A stretch of DNA of 64,000 nucleotides from NCBI GenBank assembly GCA_964016885.1, contig OZ024743.1, positions 368,032,001 to 368,096,000 on the forward strand, written 5' to 3'. This document shows positions 25,741 through 39,569 of the stretch, in pieces. Within the stretch, counting starts at the first letter, position 1. Each line of letters opens with the position of its first letter. A model generated the notes under the pieces. It searched no databases, was not told the origin of the DNA, and saw nothing but the letters and a program-made list of their open reading frames with translations. The DNA is from Eledone cirrhosa. Taxonomy: Eukaryota. The translations under genes were made by a program, and so were the position numbers.

Positions 25741-26294
25741 TACAGATATTATATTACGTTGTAGTAGAAGCTGATATATATATATATGTCGTCTTCAGTA
25801 TTAGAATGACAATCAAGATCTATAAATATTTATATCTGATCTAAAATATATTAAATAATAACGCTTATATGGATAATAAAATGATGATTTGTTATTCAAT
25901 ATTTAAAGATATACTGTTGTATCCTATCTGAGAATTGGTAGATTATTTTCTAGTACTCACACAGTAGAAAAATTGTGAGGGTTGCTCTCAAATGTTAAAA
26001 ATACATTTTACTATAGGTGTTAAACATATTCTTGTTTTATTCTATTTGTGGGGCTCAGGTGCTTGCTCTTACCAGTTGTCCAAGGGAATGATCAAACATG
26101 AACTATAAATTCAAGTTAATTTAAAAAAAAAAAGGGTGGTTTTTACCATTTGTTGACGTTAGGTCATATAGCCACTGAAGCTATGTAGCTTTTTTTAGGT
26201 GGACATAAAGTGAAAGAAAGAAAAGAGGAAGATGCTGTAGCATAAGTGCAAATGTTAGGTGAGATATGAAAAGTAAATCAATTAAATGAGGTGT

Positions 26295-26475
26295 GAAACT
26301 GTACTATCACTAACATATGTAATGCACTACATGGGAAATATGGAGTGTACTACATGGAAAACATGTGTACCACATGAAAACGTGTAGTGTAGTGCATGGG
26401 GAACATGTAGCATACTACAGGATGAGCATATAGAGTGTATTACACAAAGAATGTATATTATGTACTACACAAAAA
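26295..26475. repeat. Degenerate ~23-bp minisatellite
   Basis: Recurrent gtactacatggaaaacat(g)tagt-like units, about 7 copies. Confidence 0.6.
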
Positions 26476-29344
26476 GCCTAATATTGTGCAAAAGATTTTA
26501 TACAACTATAAAAATGTCTAACAAAATTGTATGATATGTTAACATAACTGTGTAATTGAGGCAGATATTTTATAACTTAATACACTTCCAAATACTAAAT
26601 ATTATGTGCTAAAATGTTTCTGAAAATAATTTTGTTTAGAAATTTTGTCAAACGGAAATAATACTGCATAGGCAAGATTGAAATTTTATTTCTATCTATG
26701 GAGGGGAAAAAATCTTCATACTAACTTTGTTAGTATATGATTTAATATATTGATTTCTATGAAAATCTGTATAGTAAATTATTTTGACTTGCTGAATACT
26801 TTGATATCTTCTTTTTGTATTTAGTGGTTGGTTAAGATTATTGCTGAAATCTTCATGAATTATTCAATCTTGTATGTAGCTGTCTTAAAAGATTTTTCTT
26901 TTAATTAATCTACCATCTAACTCATTTTGTCATTGCTATTTCAACAACTAATGTTTTTGCACCTCTATGTTGCTGACAAAGATAGATGTAGTAATTGGAA
27001 ATTTAATTAAAAACAGATTTTTTTTATCACCATATTTTACATCTTCTATATTATCACTTATTCCAAACCAGATATTGCTATTCCCTACAATCTACTTATA
27101 CTCTTTATTAAGTTATTTAACAACATACCTTTTTCTGCGAATGAGTGATTTACATACATATTTTCCAGTAATTGTTAGCGCATAGCACTAATAAAATTCT
27201 CATCAGAAAAAATATAAAATGACTCTGTTCATGATGGGGGCAGCATTTGCAAATGAAGCAATCTTTGATTTTGGTAGGAAAAGTTGGAAGTCAGTTTCCG
27301 TTGTTCCACTAAGTGAAGCAAGCAACATAAGCTAGTACCACTTGCATACACTAACTAGTACTGAATGACCTACAAAACACCATGAGCTACATTCAGAAAG
27401 ATATCTAACCAGCTATTAAAAAAATAAAAACAAGTATACCAGACATTTGGAGAGCAGTGGGTAACATTCTTCTAAGAACTAAAGATGAGGTCACTACAGC
27501 TTTTCACATTTAAGCCAGCATGGGCTGCTGTTAATGCTATCACATTGGAACAACAGCTTTGAGTGTTACCAATACTAAGGCCCAGATGTAGACTCAAAGG
27601 ATAGTCAGTGTAACTTAACCTACTCCAAGAAATGATAGTATCTCAGTGGATGTTAAAGTGTAGTAGCATGCTATTGAAAAATATCTGCTTCACACTAAGT
27701 GTGCTGGTAACAATAAATGACCTCTAATATACTGCTGCTTAGTGAAACATTCTTTTACAATGAATTGGTGTTAGCACACTGCTGATATCGGTTTTAACTG
27801 TCCCCAAGTATAACCTCAATGCTAATAACATTGAACAAAATAAATGCAGAACTGTAGTTATGAAGTAGAATGGCAGTTTTATGTGAAAGATTTATATTTG
27901 CTTGTAAGTGATAGTTGTACACTTCCATTTTTACCTTACCAATATTTCTCATATTTCTGTTGATATAGTAGTGAAATGTATAAAGAATTTAAGGATATGT
28001 TTAAAGAGATAACAATGATGGATTAAATATCATTTGTTCTTTTCATTTCCTATATGCCAACAGAAAATAATTCTCTTTTGATGTTGGTACAATAACTCAA
28101 TTGTAAACAGCACATTATTTATAAGTATAGGTTAAAGAATGTAGATTTATGAGAGTAAAAGATAAAGATTTAGATATATATTAGTAAGGGTGAGGTGTAC
28201 ATAATGTGAGAATGTGAATACATATTTTCTTATTTTCTAAGTCAATTGAATAATGTTTATAAAAATGTGTTAAAGTATATAATAGTCAGCAGTAAAAAGA
28301 GAAAGCAGATAATGTATGTTTTTAAACTGGTGGAAATTAAACAATTGGCAAATGGTTTCTTATTTAGACTAATATATCTCAGGATTCAAGATAGGGGATT
28401 CTGTTCTGTCAAGTCAACGCAAAGAACTAATGGCTAATTGTGAAGGAGAATACAGTGTATTGTTGCTGCCAAGTAAAAATGAGAAGAGAGGGTGAGAGAG
28501 AATAGTTTTGGTCTCTGATTGACCAAAACACAAGACAAAAGAATGAAACTAGAATGTTACTAGTCAAATTAGTTCATTGCAAATGTTTTCATTGGATTTT
28601 TTTTCACAACAGACCATTAGTCAAATCCTCATGTTTGTTCATTCAAGGTAACATTTCAGTCGTATCCACTAATTTAAAGTTTTCTATATAAAGCCTGCTC
28701 ATCAAATTTCAATGCTAAGCTTTTATAGTGAAGTTTGCAACACTTTTCCTAATTGGATTTTCAGCTGGTAGCATGTGTGAAGATTCTTTGATCTTACATG
28801 TTTCCAAATGTAGGTCCCTGTCAATTAGAACACAGTCTTATAGATGATAGCAATCAAAAGTTTAGGAATGAAAGAATTTTAAATGTGTATTTAAAGATTT
28901 TTGTTGCAGGATATCTTTATAGTTTGAACAAAACTTGCTCTGTATTTACACTTGCTTTTTAATGGTGAATGTATGAGATTATATGTCTATCTCTTCTTTA
29001 TTTATGTACAGATCAGCTAGTACCTCTTTGAATTATGTCTGGCCCAAAGATCTTTCAGGTTCCATGCTTTCCTTTTCTAGATTGTCTTGTGTTTGAGTTT
29101 GTCCAACTCTTAGTCTGATGTCACTAACCATAACATTCTTTACCAGAGAAAGACTGAATATTCACTATAAGCTATTCGCACTATTTTTAAGTCTATCTTC
29201 AATGCTTGTTTATTAGGGTAGTTGATGAGGTGACTGGACAGTTCACTGAAGTTATTGTTGCAAATAGTGAGGTGTTCTGCATTTTTTTGTCTGGAAATCA
29301 TTCCAGCCTGATACATATATTGTTGTCTGTATCAGTTTTTAGAA

Positions 29345-29480
29345 GAGGTACACCATATCCCCACATGCTGTAAGAGGTAACTAAAGGGGTTAGTGTCAGG
29401 AAGGGTATTTGGCATTCTCAGCACATTCCATCTAACCCATATGCCAGCATGGAAAAGTGGATGTAAGAAGGAAGCTGACG
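29345..29480 (+). mobile_element. Old SINE or RTE-tail fragment
   Basis: gtgtcaggaagggtat...aaccc..gccagcatggaaaagtggatgtaa, the same core and tail as the RTE 3'UTRs. Confidence 0.55.
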
Positions 29481-30061
29481 GTATACATACACACATATTG
29501 TCCTATATACGCAATGGTTTTACTATATACGCAATGGTATTTAAATGAATTTATCAGCTCTGTCAGATAAGTTGTTTCAAATAGAAAGAATTTCAATGGT
29601 GATAAAAAAAATTTCTAACTAAATTTGATTGATATTCATCTTTTTTTAAGAAGAGAGAACCAGATTTAGTTCTGAGTTAATACTGCACTAAATAATACAG
29701 ATGTGACAGAAAATATATACTTTCAAAGAACGATGTTAAAATACTGTCTTTTTATATTTATTATATATGCCATATATCTGGCACCTTACAATGTCTTCAT
29801 ATAAAATAGAAATTGTTTGTCTCCTATGAATTCTATTTACAATTGGATGTCAGGTATTACTGATAGGGAATGTGACATATGTGAATTCAAAAGTGCAGTT
29901 TTGAGCAAAGCTCAATAATAAAAATTATTACATTAAAGCCTCCTCAAATGTTAATGAAGCAATAGAGTCAATTATATTGCCTCCAATATTTAACTAGTAC
30001 AATGCTTTATTGATCTCAGCAGGAATAAAGGTAAAGTTGAATATATATATTTGAATATTCA

Positions 30062-30424
30062 TAAAATTTGAGTATTCTCAGTGTGGAAGGTAGCCGTTAC
30101 CAGCTGTATACTATTTGCATAGTAAAATTTCTTTTGGGGGTTAAGATATAACCACAAAACGAACGGAGAGTGTGAGAGAGACAGAGAGGGAGAAATGGAT
30201 GAGAAAAGAGGGGGGTTAAATGGAGGGGAGGAGGGGGGGAGGAGAAAAATGTGGACTAGAGTGATGGAAAGATGGATAGAAAGATGAAGTGAAAAATTAA
30301 CAAGAATAAGGTACTTGGCGTTATTTGGATCATTAGCCCCCTATCAATAATCTGCTATATAATATCGCAACATAGTTTATAGCTGGTAGCGGCTACCTTC
30401 TGCGCTGAGAATACCCAAATTTTA
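30062..30424. mobile_element. MITE/foldback element with ~50-bp TIRs and purine-rich interior
   Basis: taaaatttgagtattctcagtgtggaaggtagccgttaccagctgtatacta (30062-30113) is the inverted complement of 30373-30424 with about 7 mismatches; TA at both ends. Confidence 0.75.
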
Positions 30425-30474
30425 CATATATTCATATACACTCATCGCTTCAAACCTTTCCAATGAATGTTTTT

Positions 30475-30509
<35 letters not shown>

Positions 30510-30759
30510 ATATACACGCACGCGCACACCTCCCCTTCCTTCCATATGCTCGAGCTGAGGCCTATATCTAATAGGCAACACCTCTCTTGCTGTAGCCATC
30601 CCTCCGCTATTACCTAGATCTTCAATTTCCCCAAGCTTCTTCCCCACCCTCCCAAGTTCCCATACCATGGAGTGGTCCCTCTGGAGCCATGACAGAACTG
30701 CTCAGCCCTTACTATATAGTGGTCATGCATGTGTCAAGTCAAAAGTGCCCAGTTACTGA

Positions 30760-31400
30760 AAGATTAAAACATCCTGTTGGCATTCTCCTTCGAGGATGTG
30801 ATGATGAGTATATTGTCTACATATCTAGCAAAGAAAGCGTACTTGACCTTTGAGTCTGTTCATGTAGGAAATAGCCAGTAAACCTGACAGGCTGGATCAC
30901 ATGGGTATCCAGAAGTCTGTTGGTAGGTTTGGCCCAGGATGCTAAAAAAGGCATTGACAACGATGGATAGGAGCTGGGTGTTGGCAGTTGTGGTGAGGCT
31001 GAAACAATCCAGGTTGCTGGAACTGACACATTCAGTATGTCCACAGTCAAGATTGCAGGTACCGATGTGTAGAGGGATACTAGATGTAGGCTGAAGGTAT
31101 ACCTGTTGGATTTGAGGGTGTCAGGTTTAAGTTGGTTGAGTCACTGGATGACTTTATCTGAACTGTAGATGTGGCCCGGGAAGGTTGTGAACAGGGGCTT
31201 TAAAATCTTGGATAGAAGACAAGAAATTTTGTATGATGGTCCTTCAACACTGGAAACAATGGATCTGATTTTCAGGTCGGGTCCTTCTTTATGAGTCTTG
31301 ATAAGGTGGTAAAAGTCAGACGGCCTGCTGTTTCTCATTATGTAGTTGTACCGGAATCTCTTAGGGAGCTTTCGCCAATCACAGTGACTTCCAAAAAGAG
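30760..31400 (-). mobile_element. Penelope-like element RT fragment
   Basis: FYHLIKTHKEGPDLKIRSIVSSVEGPSYKISCLLSKILKPL and downstream SLHLVSLYTSVP and YVDN resemble PLE RT motifs (PK.HK..RPIVS, SLDV.SLYT.IP, YVDD). Confidence 0.8.
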
Positions 31401-31484
31401 ATATTATATATATAGATATGTATATAGATATATATATTCCCCTGCAAGCAGGGAAAAGTGGACGTAAAATGATGATGATGATTA

Positions 31485-32260
31485 TATATTTTCTTTTTCG
31501 CCCACTTATTCGCGAGAGGGTCATGGAGGCAGTCCTCAAACACTCCTTCCAGCAAATTCTGTCAGAAGCAACTGTCTCCAGCAGGATCCCCAAGTGTGAC
31601 CAGCTAATCTCATTGATGTAATTCAACCAACTTGCTCGGGGTCTTCTCTTGCCGGTTGGTTTTACCTGTAAAATCTATCTAACGATTCTTTCCTGAGACA
31701 TTCTAACCACATGCCCATAGTATCAGAGCTGTAATCTCTCAATTCGGAGAAGTAGCAGCTCTACCTTGAGCTACTGTCTGATCTCTGAGCTGCACACTCT
31801 ATCAAGTCATGGAACTTTGTTGAGGAAACCCTGATTATAACTAGCTGGTAGCATATGGGCTCATCGACTAATTCCTTCTCTTTATCTGTAAGGTTGTGAT
31901 GTTCCAGGTTCCAATAGTCAAGGTTTGCTCCCTTCCAAAGCCTCTTTGGTGTCTTGGGATATGCAATCATTGTGTGTCCATCACATGCTTCCTAGGACAA
32001 GTTGTAGGCCCATCACCAGTTTTTACAGCATGAAATAGTGGCTGCAATATATTTTTCGAACAGGCCCCTTCTATCTAAGGCATGAATGCATCCCTTGTTA
32101 ACCTGTGCAAAGGACGATGAGATATGTTTCTTTTTGTTACCTCTCACCATATTGCAGTGTTGGTGGTCTTGTTCACACCAGCCACCCATCTGGTACTTTC
32201 TCAGACCCACAAAGTCTAGGCTTTTTTAGAAGCAGCCTTTATTTGCCTCATCATAGCTAC
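31485..32260 (-). mobile_element. RTE family C copy with large internal deletion (5' and 3' ends joined)
   Basis: 31500-31807 matches 18000-18290; 31808-32060 matches 20580-20780. Confidence 0.8.
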
Positions 32261-33067
32261 ATCACTGGGTTGTGAGAGTCTTCTTAGGAGCTAAAGTTGT
32301 CACTAATTACTCCATCTCCCTTTGTATTTTATTGCTGTTGGTTTGGGGTTGCTTATTTGTCCAATAGGTAGCTGCTTATATTGCAACTAACCATCATATT
32401 TTGTGGCCGTATTGCTATCCACCACCTGTGACCCATTCTCTAGTAGAACAGCTCTGTCTGAAAACTAAAGGAAATAAAATTAGTAAACCAAAGTATCTTT
32501 ATATGTTCAAAACAAATATGTAGTCATGTTGCTTCCATAACAATGGTGTATACTTTTTAAACCTATAAATAAATATATTCTGGGATAGGTGAATATTTAA
32601 AATGGTTTCAATGCCATTATTAACCTTCAATTGAAAATTCAATGTGTTTGATTTCCAAATCTAGCTTTCACACATATTATATTTCATACATATGATACTG
32701 AATGTAAATCTGTAAATATTGAATGTGAATGTAAATTTTGGTAGATAGTGTTAATAATAAAAAAACCATGCACTTCAGATGGCAAGGAAGGTGCTCATCA
32801 ACTACAGGTTTGGCATTCACTTTATGTTCTCAAGGAGGAGGTGCTTCTATTGATAACTTTCTATGCAATGTCCACATTAATATTCAATTCATAGAAATTC
32901 ATTATTTGAACAATTGTAGCTTAATAATTATTTCAACAGTAAATCTATGAATATAACACCATTACTGTTAGTCAATATAAGCTTTGACTGAGCTCACCTA
33001 TGATTAACTGCATTCTACAAGATCATTGCAAATTTTTATTTTTTTTAATATTAAAGTATATTTGGAT

Positions 33068-33227
33068 AGGTGGCAAATTGACAAAATCATTAGACCATCG
33101 GATAGAATGCTTTGGGGTATTCGTTCCAGCTCTCTCTGCTTTGAGTCCAAATCCCGCTGAGGTTGACTTTGTCTCTCATCCATGCAAGGTCGATAAAAAA
33201 GTAGCAGTTTAGTACTGGGGTCGATTC
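33068..33227 (+). mobile_element. Deu/Nin-like SINE
   Basis: ggtggcaaattgacaaaatcattag...aaatcccgctgaggttgacttt...ggtcgataaa..tactggggtcgat. Confidence 0.75.
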
Positions 33228-34349
33228 TTCTTTTATGTCTCTTTCTCACTTCCTCTGTATTACTCTCTTTCTCTGTAAGAAATCGGTTGTGTTCAGATCT
33301 GGAGAGGAGATGGGCTCTGTCAAGTTTTTAAAAAATGTCTAATAAATGCTGTATGTCAATATGGCACCCTTACAACTCCATCAGGAGTTATGGGTTAAAA
33401 GAAGCATGTCTAGGATTACATTGTATTCTTCATTTTTTCAAGATAAGGTGTGATTTAAAGAACATTTGATTACTATTTCTAGCATGTTGGTCATAGTAGC
33501 TCTATCATTGATCAGTCTGTATAATATTAGAGGATTATTAGTTTAACTGTGTCATAATAGAGTATAGAAAGCTGAGGAAAAGCTTTGTTTAATCCAATAC
33601 TAGTTCCCAGCTTAACAATTAGATAGCAGTTAATTAGTATGGGAAAGATAGAATTGATATTCCTAAAATTAATTCTATAAATTATATTGATTAACTCAGC
33701 CTTTTTGTATATTTTCTTTAATTCAACAGAAATTTATTTAAAGGAAATTTAGTCTTTCATTTCCCTTATATGTTAGACATTTTCCTTGTAATATACTTGT
33801 TGATTTCCTTTGTTTTCACTACCTCCTAGGTAGATTTAGTTATCATTAAATGGTGACAGTTTAACTACACAAGTTGTAATCACTGTTAGATCATATGGTC
33901 TGTGACATGTATTTAGTACTACATAGTAATTAAATGGTTTACTCTTGCTATTTGAGCTTTGACAGTTGTTTATTTCAAATGATTGTAATTAGGGAAAATA
34001 TCTTTTGTTTATTTTTTTTTTCTTATTTATGAACATACTTTTTTCTTCTTTCATTTGTTGCTATGATTTTTCCTTTAACTATGATATATGTTCTTATAAC
34101 TACTCATTCATTGCTCAGCAAATTTCAGCAAAATTTCTCATGAATCAGCAATAGAGCTACTGTGTAATCACTTGACCTATTCATCATAGCAGACAGATAT
34201 CTGTAGCAAACCCCTTACCATTTTTTTTATATGAGAGCCACATGTTTTTAGTCCAAGTCTTAGAACAACATTTTTTTGTAACACGAACAGGATGACCAAT
34301 GCTTTGGTTCATCATCTATCACCATACTTTATATATACTATATTTCATT

Positions 34350-35010
34350 TTCTTTTTTTACATTCACTTTCCTGGCTGGCATGTGCTGCACATGATTTTT
34401 GAAGCAGTTTTTGATGGTTGAATGCTTTTCTTGACACTAAACCTTCAAGCTGCTTCTTAAGAGCTGTAGGGATATAGTTTTTACTTATTTTAAAGACTGG
34501 AATATACATAGTATATGTACACGCATCCGTTTTCCCTGCTAGCAGACTAAGTCAGTACTTAATGGGAGCTACAGATCTCTTAGACTGGTATCACATTTAA
34601 ATATATTCCCACATTCTACAGAGCACACTGTGTGCATTTTATTGTGATACTCATACTAGGGAGGTTGTCATATCTTTGAAACAACTGAAGAATCATCTCA
34701 ACTTTTTGTTTGGCAAGCTTTTTTATGGCTAGGCGACCTTCCTATTACCAGTGCATTTATTGAGTAGATCACCAACACTAGAAGTTGTTGTGCCCTTGAC
34801 TATTTTTGGCATGGTTTCTACAGCTGAATGCCCTTCCTATCACCAGCTACCTTACAAGGTGTACTGGGTGTATTTTTAGTGACACCCGTTCTAGAGAGGT
34901 TGTCTTGTCATCACTGAAGGGTCCCATTAACCCTTGGTTTCTACAGTTTGAAGCTCTTCCTAACACTATCCACTTTACAGAATGTACTGGGTGCATTTTA
35001 GCATGACACC
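34350..35010 (-). repeat. Old degenerate tandem array of the RTE-3'UTR/SINE core unit
   Basis: Repeated ggtttctacagctg.atgcccttcct..cacc..ccac.ttaca..gtgtactgggtg units at ~34815 and ~34937, more decayed at ~34600 and ~34725. Confidence 0.55.
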
Positions 35011-35109
35011 ATGGAAAAGAGATATGATGGGGCATGACACCCTGTGGAAAAGAGATATGATGGGGCGGGGGCCGGTAGGAAGGATTAGTATGTCATGAGT
35101 AAGTGACAC

Positions 35110-35245
35110 ATTCAAATTCTGCTGAGGTCATTATTACATTTGATCCTTCAAGATCAATAAAATAAAGTACCAGTCAAGTATTAGGTTGATTTAATCAACT
35201 TTGCTCTTCCTCCAAACTTTTCTGGCCTTCTACCTAAATTAGTTC
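35110..35245 (+). mobile_element. Deu/Nin-like SINE fragment
   Basis: ttcaaattctgctgaggtc...aataaaataaagtaccagt...ctggcctt. Confidence 0.65.
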
Positions 35246-36289
35246 TTATTTAACACTATTGCATACGGTTATGTCGCTTAATGAGTAGCAAAGTCACATC
35301 AAGGACAAGACAACTTTTCTAGTGCCAATTCCACCCAGCACACTGTCAAAGCAGTTGGCATTAGGAAGAGTATCCAGCTGTAGACATTGGGCCAAAAATG
35401 TAGAGAACTTTTCACTTACATCAAAGGTGACATAACTTCTCTATAGCTAATGCTAGCAGAAAATGCACCACAAAGTGTTTAGCACTAGAAAGAATATCCA
35501 GTCATAGAATGTATTTGAGTAAGGCAAATACAGCCTAATTTAGGACAGTAGCTCCAAGTAAATACTGACTTGCTCTGCAATGACTTGACCAACCCATGCC
35601 AGCATTGGAAAATGCATTAACTGATCATATATATGTGTATGTGTAATCAATATCAAGAATAATCCTCTGCTGGTGTGCATTTCACAAGTAGTGTATGGAC
35701 AAAATTACAACTGTTAAACTCATAGGTTTTGTTATAACTGCAAATCTTTTTAGAGCTCCACTAGAAATATTTGGTAATATAGAATTAACTTTACCATATA
35801 CTCTGTGTCATGCTATACAATTTTTTTATTTATATATAAAATATTTTTGCTTAATGTATGAATTTCTGAAAAAATATATTATTAAATATTATTGCTTTAT
35901 TTTACTTTTTGAATTCTGTTGCAATTAGGCTTATTTTATTATACTGTATGGTTTTCATAACATAATATACTCTGATTTGAACATAACTTTTTATTCTGGT
36001 TCAAGTGGAAACCTTAATTCAATAAAACACGATTGACACTTCAATTAAAATCCCATTTTATATGCTAAAAAAAAATGAAATATTTTCAACTACTTCGTAG
36101 GGAACTCTTGTGAAACTATTCATAGAGTGGTAAACACAATTTATTATTATTGTTGCTTAAAACTACATATTTTTATCATTATTATCACTGAAGACTACGT
36201 ATTACTTATGCCACATAAATTCTTGGCAATGGCATTTAACTGTAATTAGTCTTGAGAAGTAAAAAGCATTTCTCTCTTTTACACATTCT

Positions 36290-36650
36290 CAGATACACCT
36301 TCCAGGGGGTCCTATCAGAAGCAACCATATTCAAATGAGCTGAATGAATCCCTGACGCCTATGGATTTTATCCAACCATCTTGTTCAATGGTCTGCCTGT
36401 CGATCTATCAGTTGGTTTTACCTGTAAAATCTGTTCAGTGATTCTTTCCTTAGATCTAACCACATGCCTGTAGTACTGTAGCTGTGATCTTTTGATGCGG
36501 AGAAGTAGCAACACAACCTGGAGTGACTCCTTGATTTACCTAATTGAATAATGCTACCCAAAAAACCCTCGAGGAACCCCATTTCAACCACTTATATTTG
36601 TAATCATATCTTTTGGTGATTATTCAATTTTCATGACCATAGGTATGGGT
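36290..36650 (-). mobile_element. RTE family C, 3' fragment
   Basis: Colinear with 18035-18365. Confidence 0.75.
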
Positions 36651-37260
36651 CATCATCATCGTTTAACATCCATCTTCCACGCTAGCATGGGTAGGATGGG
36701 TTGACCCTATGGGAGAGAATCGGGTCAGAGGACCATGTTTAGCTCACATGGAGCAGATTTTGGCTTGGTTTCTACAGCCCTTCCTAAATATGTGTGTGTG
36801 TCGCCGACACGACCACTTTACAGTGTGGACTGGGCGCTTTTTGTTGTGTCACTGACATGACCAGTTTACAGTGTGGACTGGGCACTTTTTGTCGTGTCGC
36901 CGACGCAAGCGCTTTAGAATGTGGACTGGGTGCTTTTGTCTTGAAACTAGGGAGGGGAGGAAGCTTGGGGGAAATTGCAGACGTAGGTAATAGGGGTGGG
37001 ATGTTACAGCAAGAGAGGTGTATGAGAGGGGAGAAGGTAGAGGAAGGTATTGCTTATTAAATATATGCCTCAACTCAAGCATATGGAAGGGCAGGTCTTC
37101 TGTAAAACTGCATAGCACCAGAAGTTGCGGTCCTGTGTCATTGCCTTGGTGAGGTGTAATTGTGCAAGGTCAGCTTTTATTACCTCATCCCAAGTTTTCC
37201 TAGGCCTGCCCACTCCAGGGCTACCATCAACTTTGAGCGCTCTGCATTTTTTATACAGTT
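36650..37260 (-). mobile_element. RTE family A/B-related 3' fragment with three ~46-bp internal repeats
   Basis: (cat)n tail at 36650; tttacagtgtggactggg..ctttt repeated at ~36817, 36866 and 36913; GRPRKTWDEVIKADL on the minus strand near 37170-37215. Confidence 0.8.
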
Positions 37261-37346
37261 ATCAAGATAACAAGTTTTTTTTTTTTTTTTACACCTACCT
37301 CCCTTCTTCTGATGAAATAAAAATTATATTATTAAATGTCATTTTC

Positions 37347-37470
37347 AGTGGTGGGGAAAGTTGATTAAATCGACCCCAGTACATTACTAGTGCTTTATTT
37401 TATTGACCCTGTAAGAATGAAAGGCTAAGATAACCTCAGCGGGATTTGAAATCAGAGCATAAAAGGCTGT
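37347..37470 (-). mobile_element. Deu/Nin-like SINE fragment
   Basis: Reverse complement of the core: ttaaatcgaccccagt...ttttattgacc...gaaaggc...ggatttgaa. Confidence 0.7.
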
Positions 37471-38379
37471 AATGTATAAAGTAATAATGATTAACATTAC
37501 TTAAGGTTGATTCTGTCATTCCCTAAAAAAATGTTTTCAACTGTTAAATGCAGTAGATAAATGAAGCCTTGTGCAGTTCACTTGTCAATATGAAGATATT
37601 CAGTTGATTATCATTTATATTTGTGGTGTTGCCCTCTAGTCAGTTTTGCTTGCAAATCAGGAACAGCAACACATTTCCTGTTATCTCTTTCTCTCAATCA
37701 TTCAGAAAAAAATTGTCCTTCGGGATTTTGTTTTTTTAAAAACTTTATCTTAATTCTACCAACAATGCATCTTGTTCGACAACATATGTGATAATAAAAA
37801 AAATAATAATCATTACAACAATAACAGGCTTAGTAATATCATCTAATAGCAATACAGTGTTATGTCATATCTGTAAAGCTGACAATATATCATCTTTAGC
37901 AGTTTACTTGCTTGATGTGGATTGATCTACACTCAGTATTGGCATTTTCCATCTATCCATTTATCTTTGGTCAGTTTTGTAGAATGTTATATGACAGATA
38001 ACTCATCATTCTACTACAACTCACTATCTTGTTTTGCGAAAGCTGTTGGTTTATTTGACAAATTTTCCAACTAAATCAACTCTTTTATTTCCATGTATTT
38101 TGTTAGTTAAAAAGAACGACTAATTCAATAACTTTCTACATATTTCACTTTACTTTTCCTATTTCTCTCTCTCTCTCTCTGTATTCTTATTGCCCTTGTA
38201 ATAGCCTGTCTAGTCACAACTTAAGACTCTATCTGACATGAAATATTTCTCTATATTTTGACAACCATGTGCCAATATTAACAACTAAGCAATAATTCAG
38301 ACTTCAATCATTGTTTTCATATTTTGCCTCCACATTAATCACCTTTAATAATTTACCAGTTTTAAAAGATATGTTATCT

Positions 38380-38580
38380 ATTATAATTGTTTCTACTTTT
38401 GGCACAAGGCCAGCAATTATCCCAGTGCATTACTGGTACTTTATTTTATCGACCCCGTAAGGATAAAAGGTAAAGTTAACCTTGGCAGGATTTGAACTCA
38501 GATCAGAAAGGGGCGTAACTCTGTGCTGCAAAGCATGTTGTCCGACCCTTTACCGATACTGCCAAACCACCGATGCCACC
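38380..38580 (-). mobile_element. Deu/Nin-like SINE, full length, short subfamily
   Basis: Reverse complement ggtggc..ttggcagtatcggtaaagggtcggac...gagttcaaatcctgcc...gcactgggataattgctggcc. Confidence 0.85.
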
Positions 38581-39016
38581 AAATTTTCACTCCACTCTCT
38601 TTTCTCACACATGCATAGGGCGGGGTCCACATCTACTACACACACATTGCAAGCTCCTCCAGAACATTTTACAATGGTGTTGAGCACATGTCAACATAGT
38701 CTCTTTCACATTCAACACTGCCAAAATAAAAACATTACAAGATGCCATTGTACCTTTTACTCATGAACTGTACTTATTTCAAAGCTCCAATCACTCTATA
38801 TGAACTGAGTCTACTTTCTTATAACTTATGCAGATCTCTCAAAATTACACCATGAAAGCAAAGCTTCTTCCTAAAGAAATATATGAAAAGCAAAAATTCT
38901 GTAGTGAATGAAAACTTTTAAAAAGCACTACTACCGGCCTCAAATAGGATGCAGTCAGAATATATCTAGGGTAGCACATCCATTATACATCTGCTGCACA
39001 TTAATCACTTCATAAT

Positions 39017-39133
39017 TGTTTCTACTTTTGGCACAAGGCCAGCAATTACCCATTGCATTACTGGTACTTTATTTTATCGACCCCGTAAGGATGAAAGGCA
39101 AAGTTAACCTCAGGGGGGATTTGAACTCAGAAC
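39017..39133 (-). mobile_element. 5'-truncated SINE with 15-bp TSD
   Basis: taatcacttcataat at 39002-39016 and 39134-39148. Confidence 0.9.
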
Positions 39134-39569
39134 TAATCACTTCATAATGATTAATATAATCTTCATCTTTGTCCTCTTTCTTCTTCTACTAATACATATT
39201 AACATGTGGGATATGGCCCCTGGCCTATCTGAGAGGGCAGCAGCTTCAATTAGGTACTGACGTGACCTGTGATGACCCATCAATCCCTTGCTACCAAGAA
39301 AATGATGATATATATATATATATTTTTTTATAAAAGGGAAATGTGCATAATGGGATGATGTAATGGAATAAACTGATGTTAAATATGATGCCATCTCTCT
39401 TCTTTTGATATTGATATTTTTTCTGATAACATATATGTAATACCTTGTTGCATCCATGATGCCGAGTGCTTCCATCATTTTTGGTTGATTGCTTTGATCA
39501 ACCAATATTGATTATCATAATATATATGTATATATGATTGTCATCATTTAACATCCATAAACGTACATA

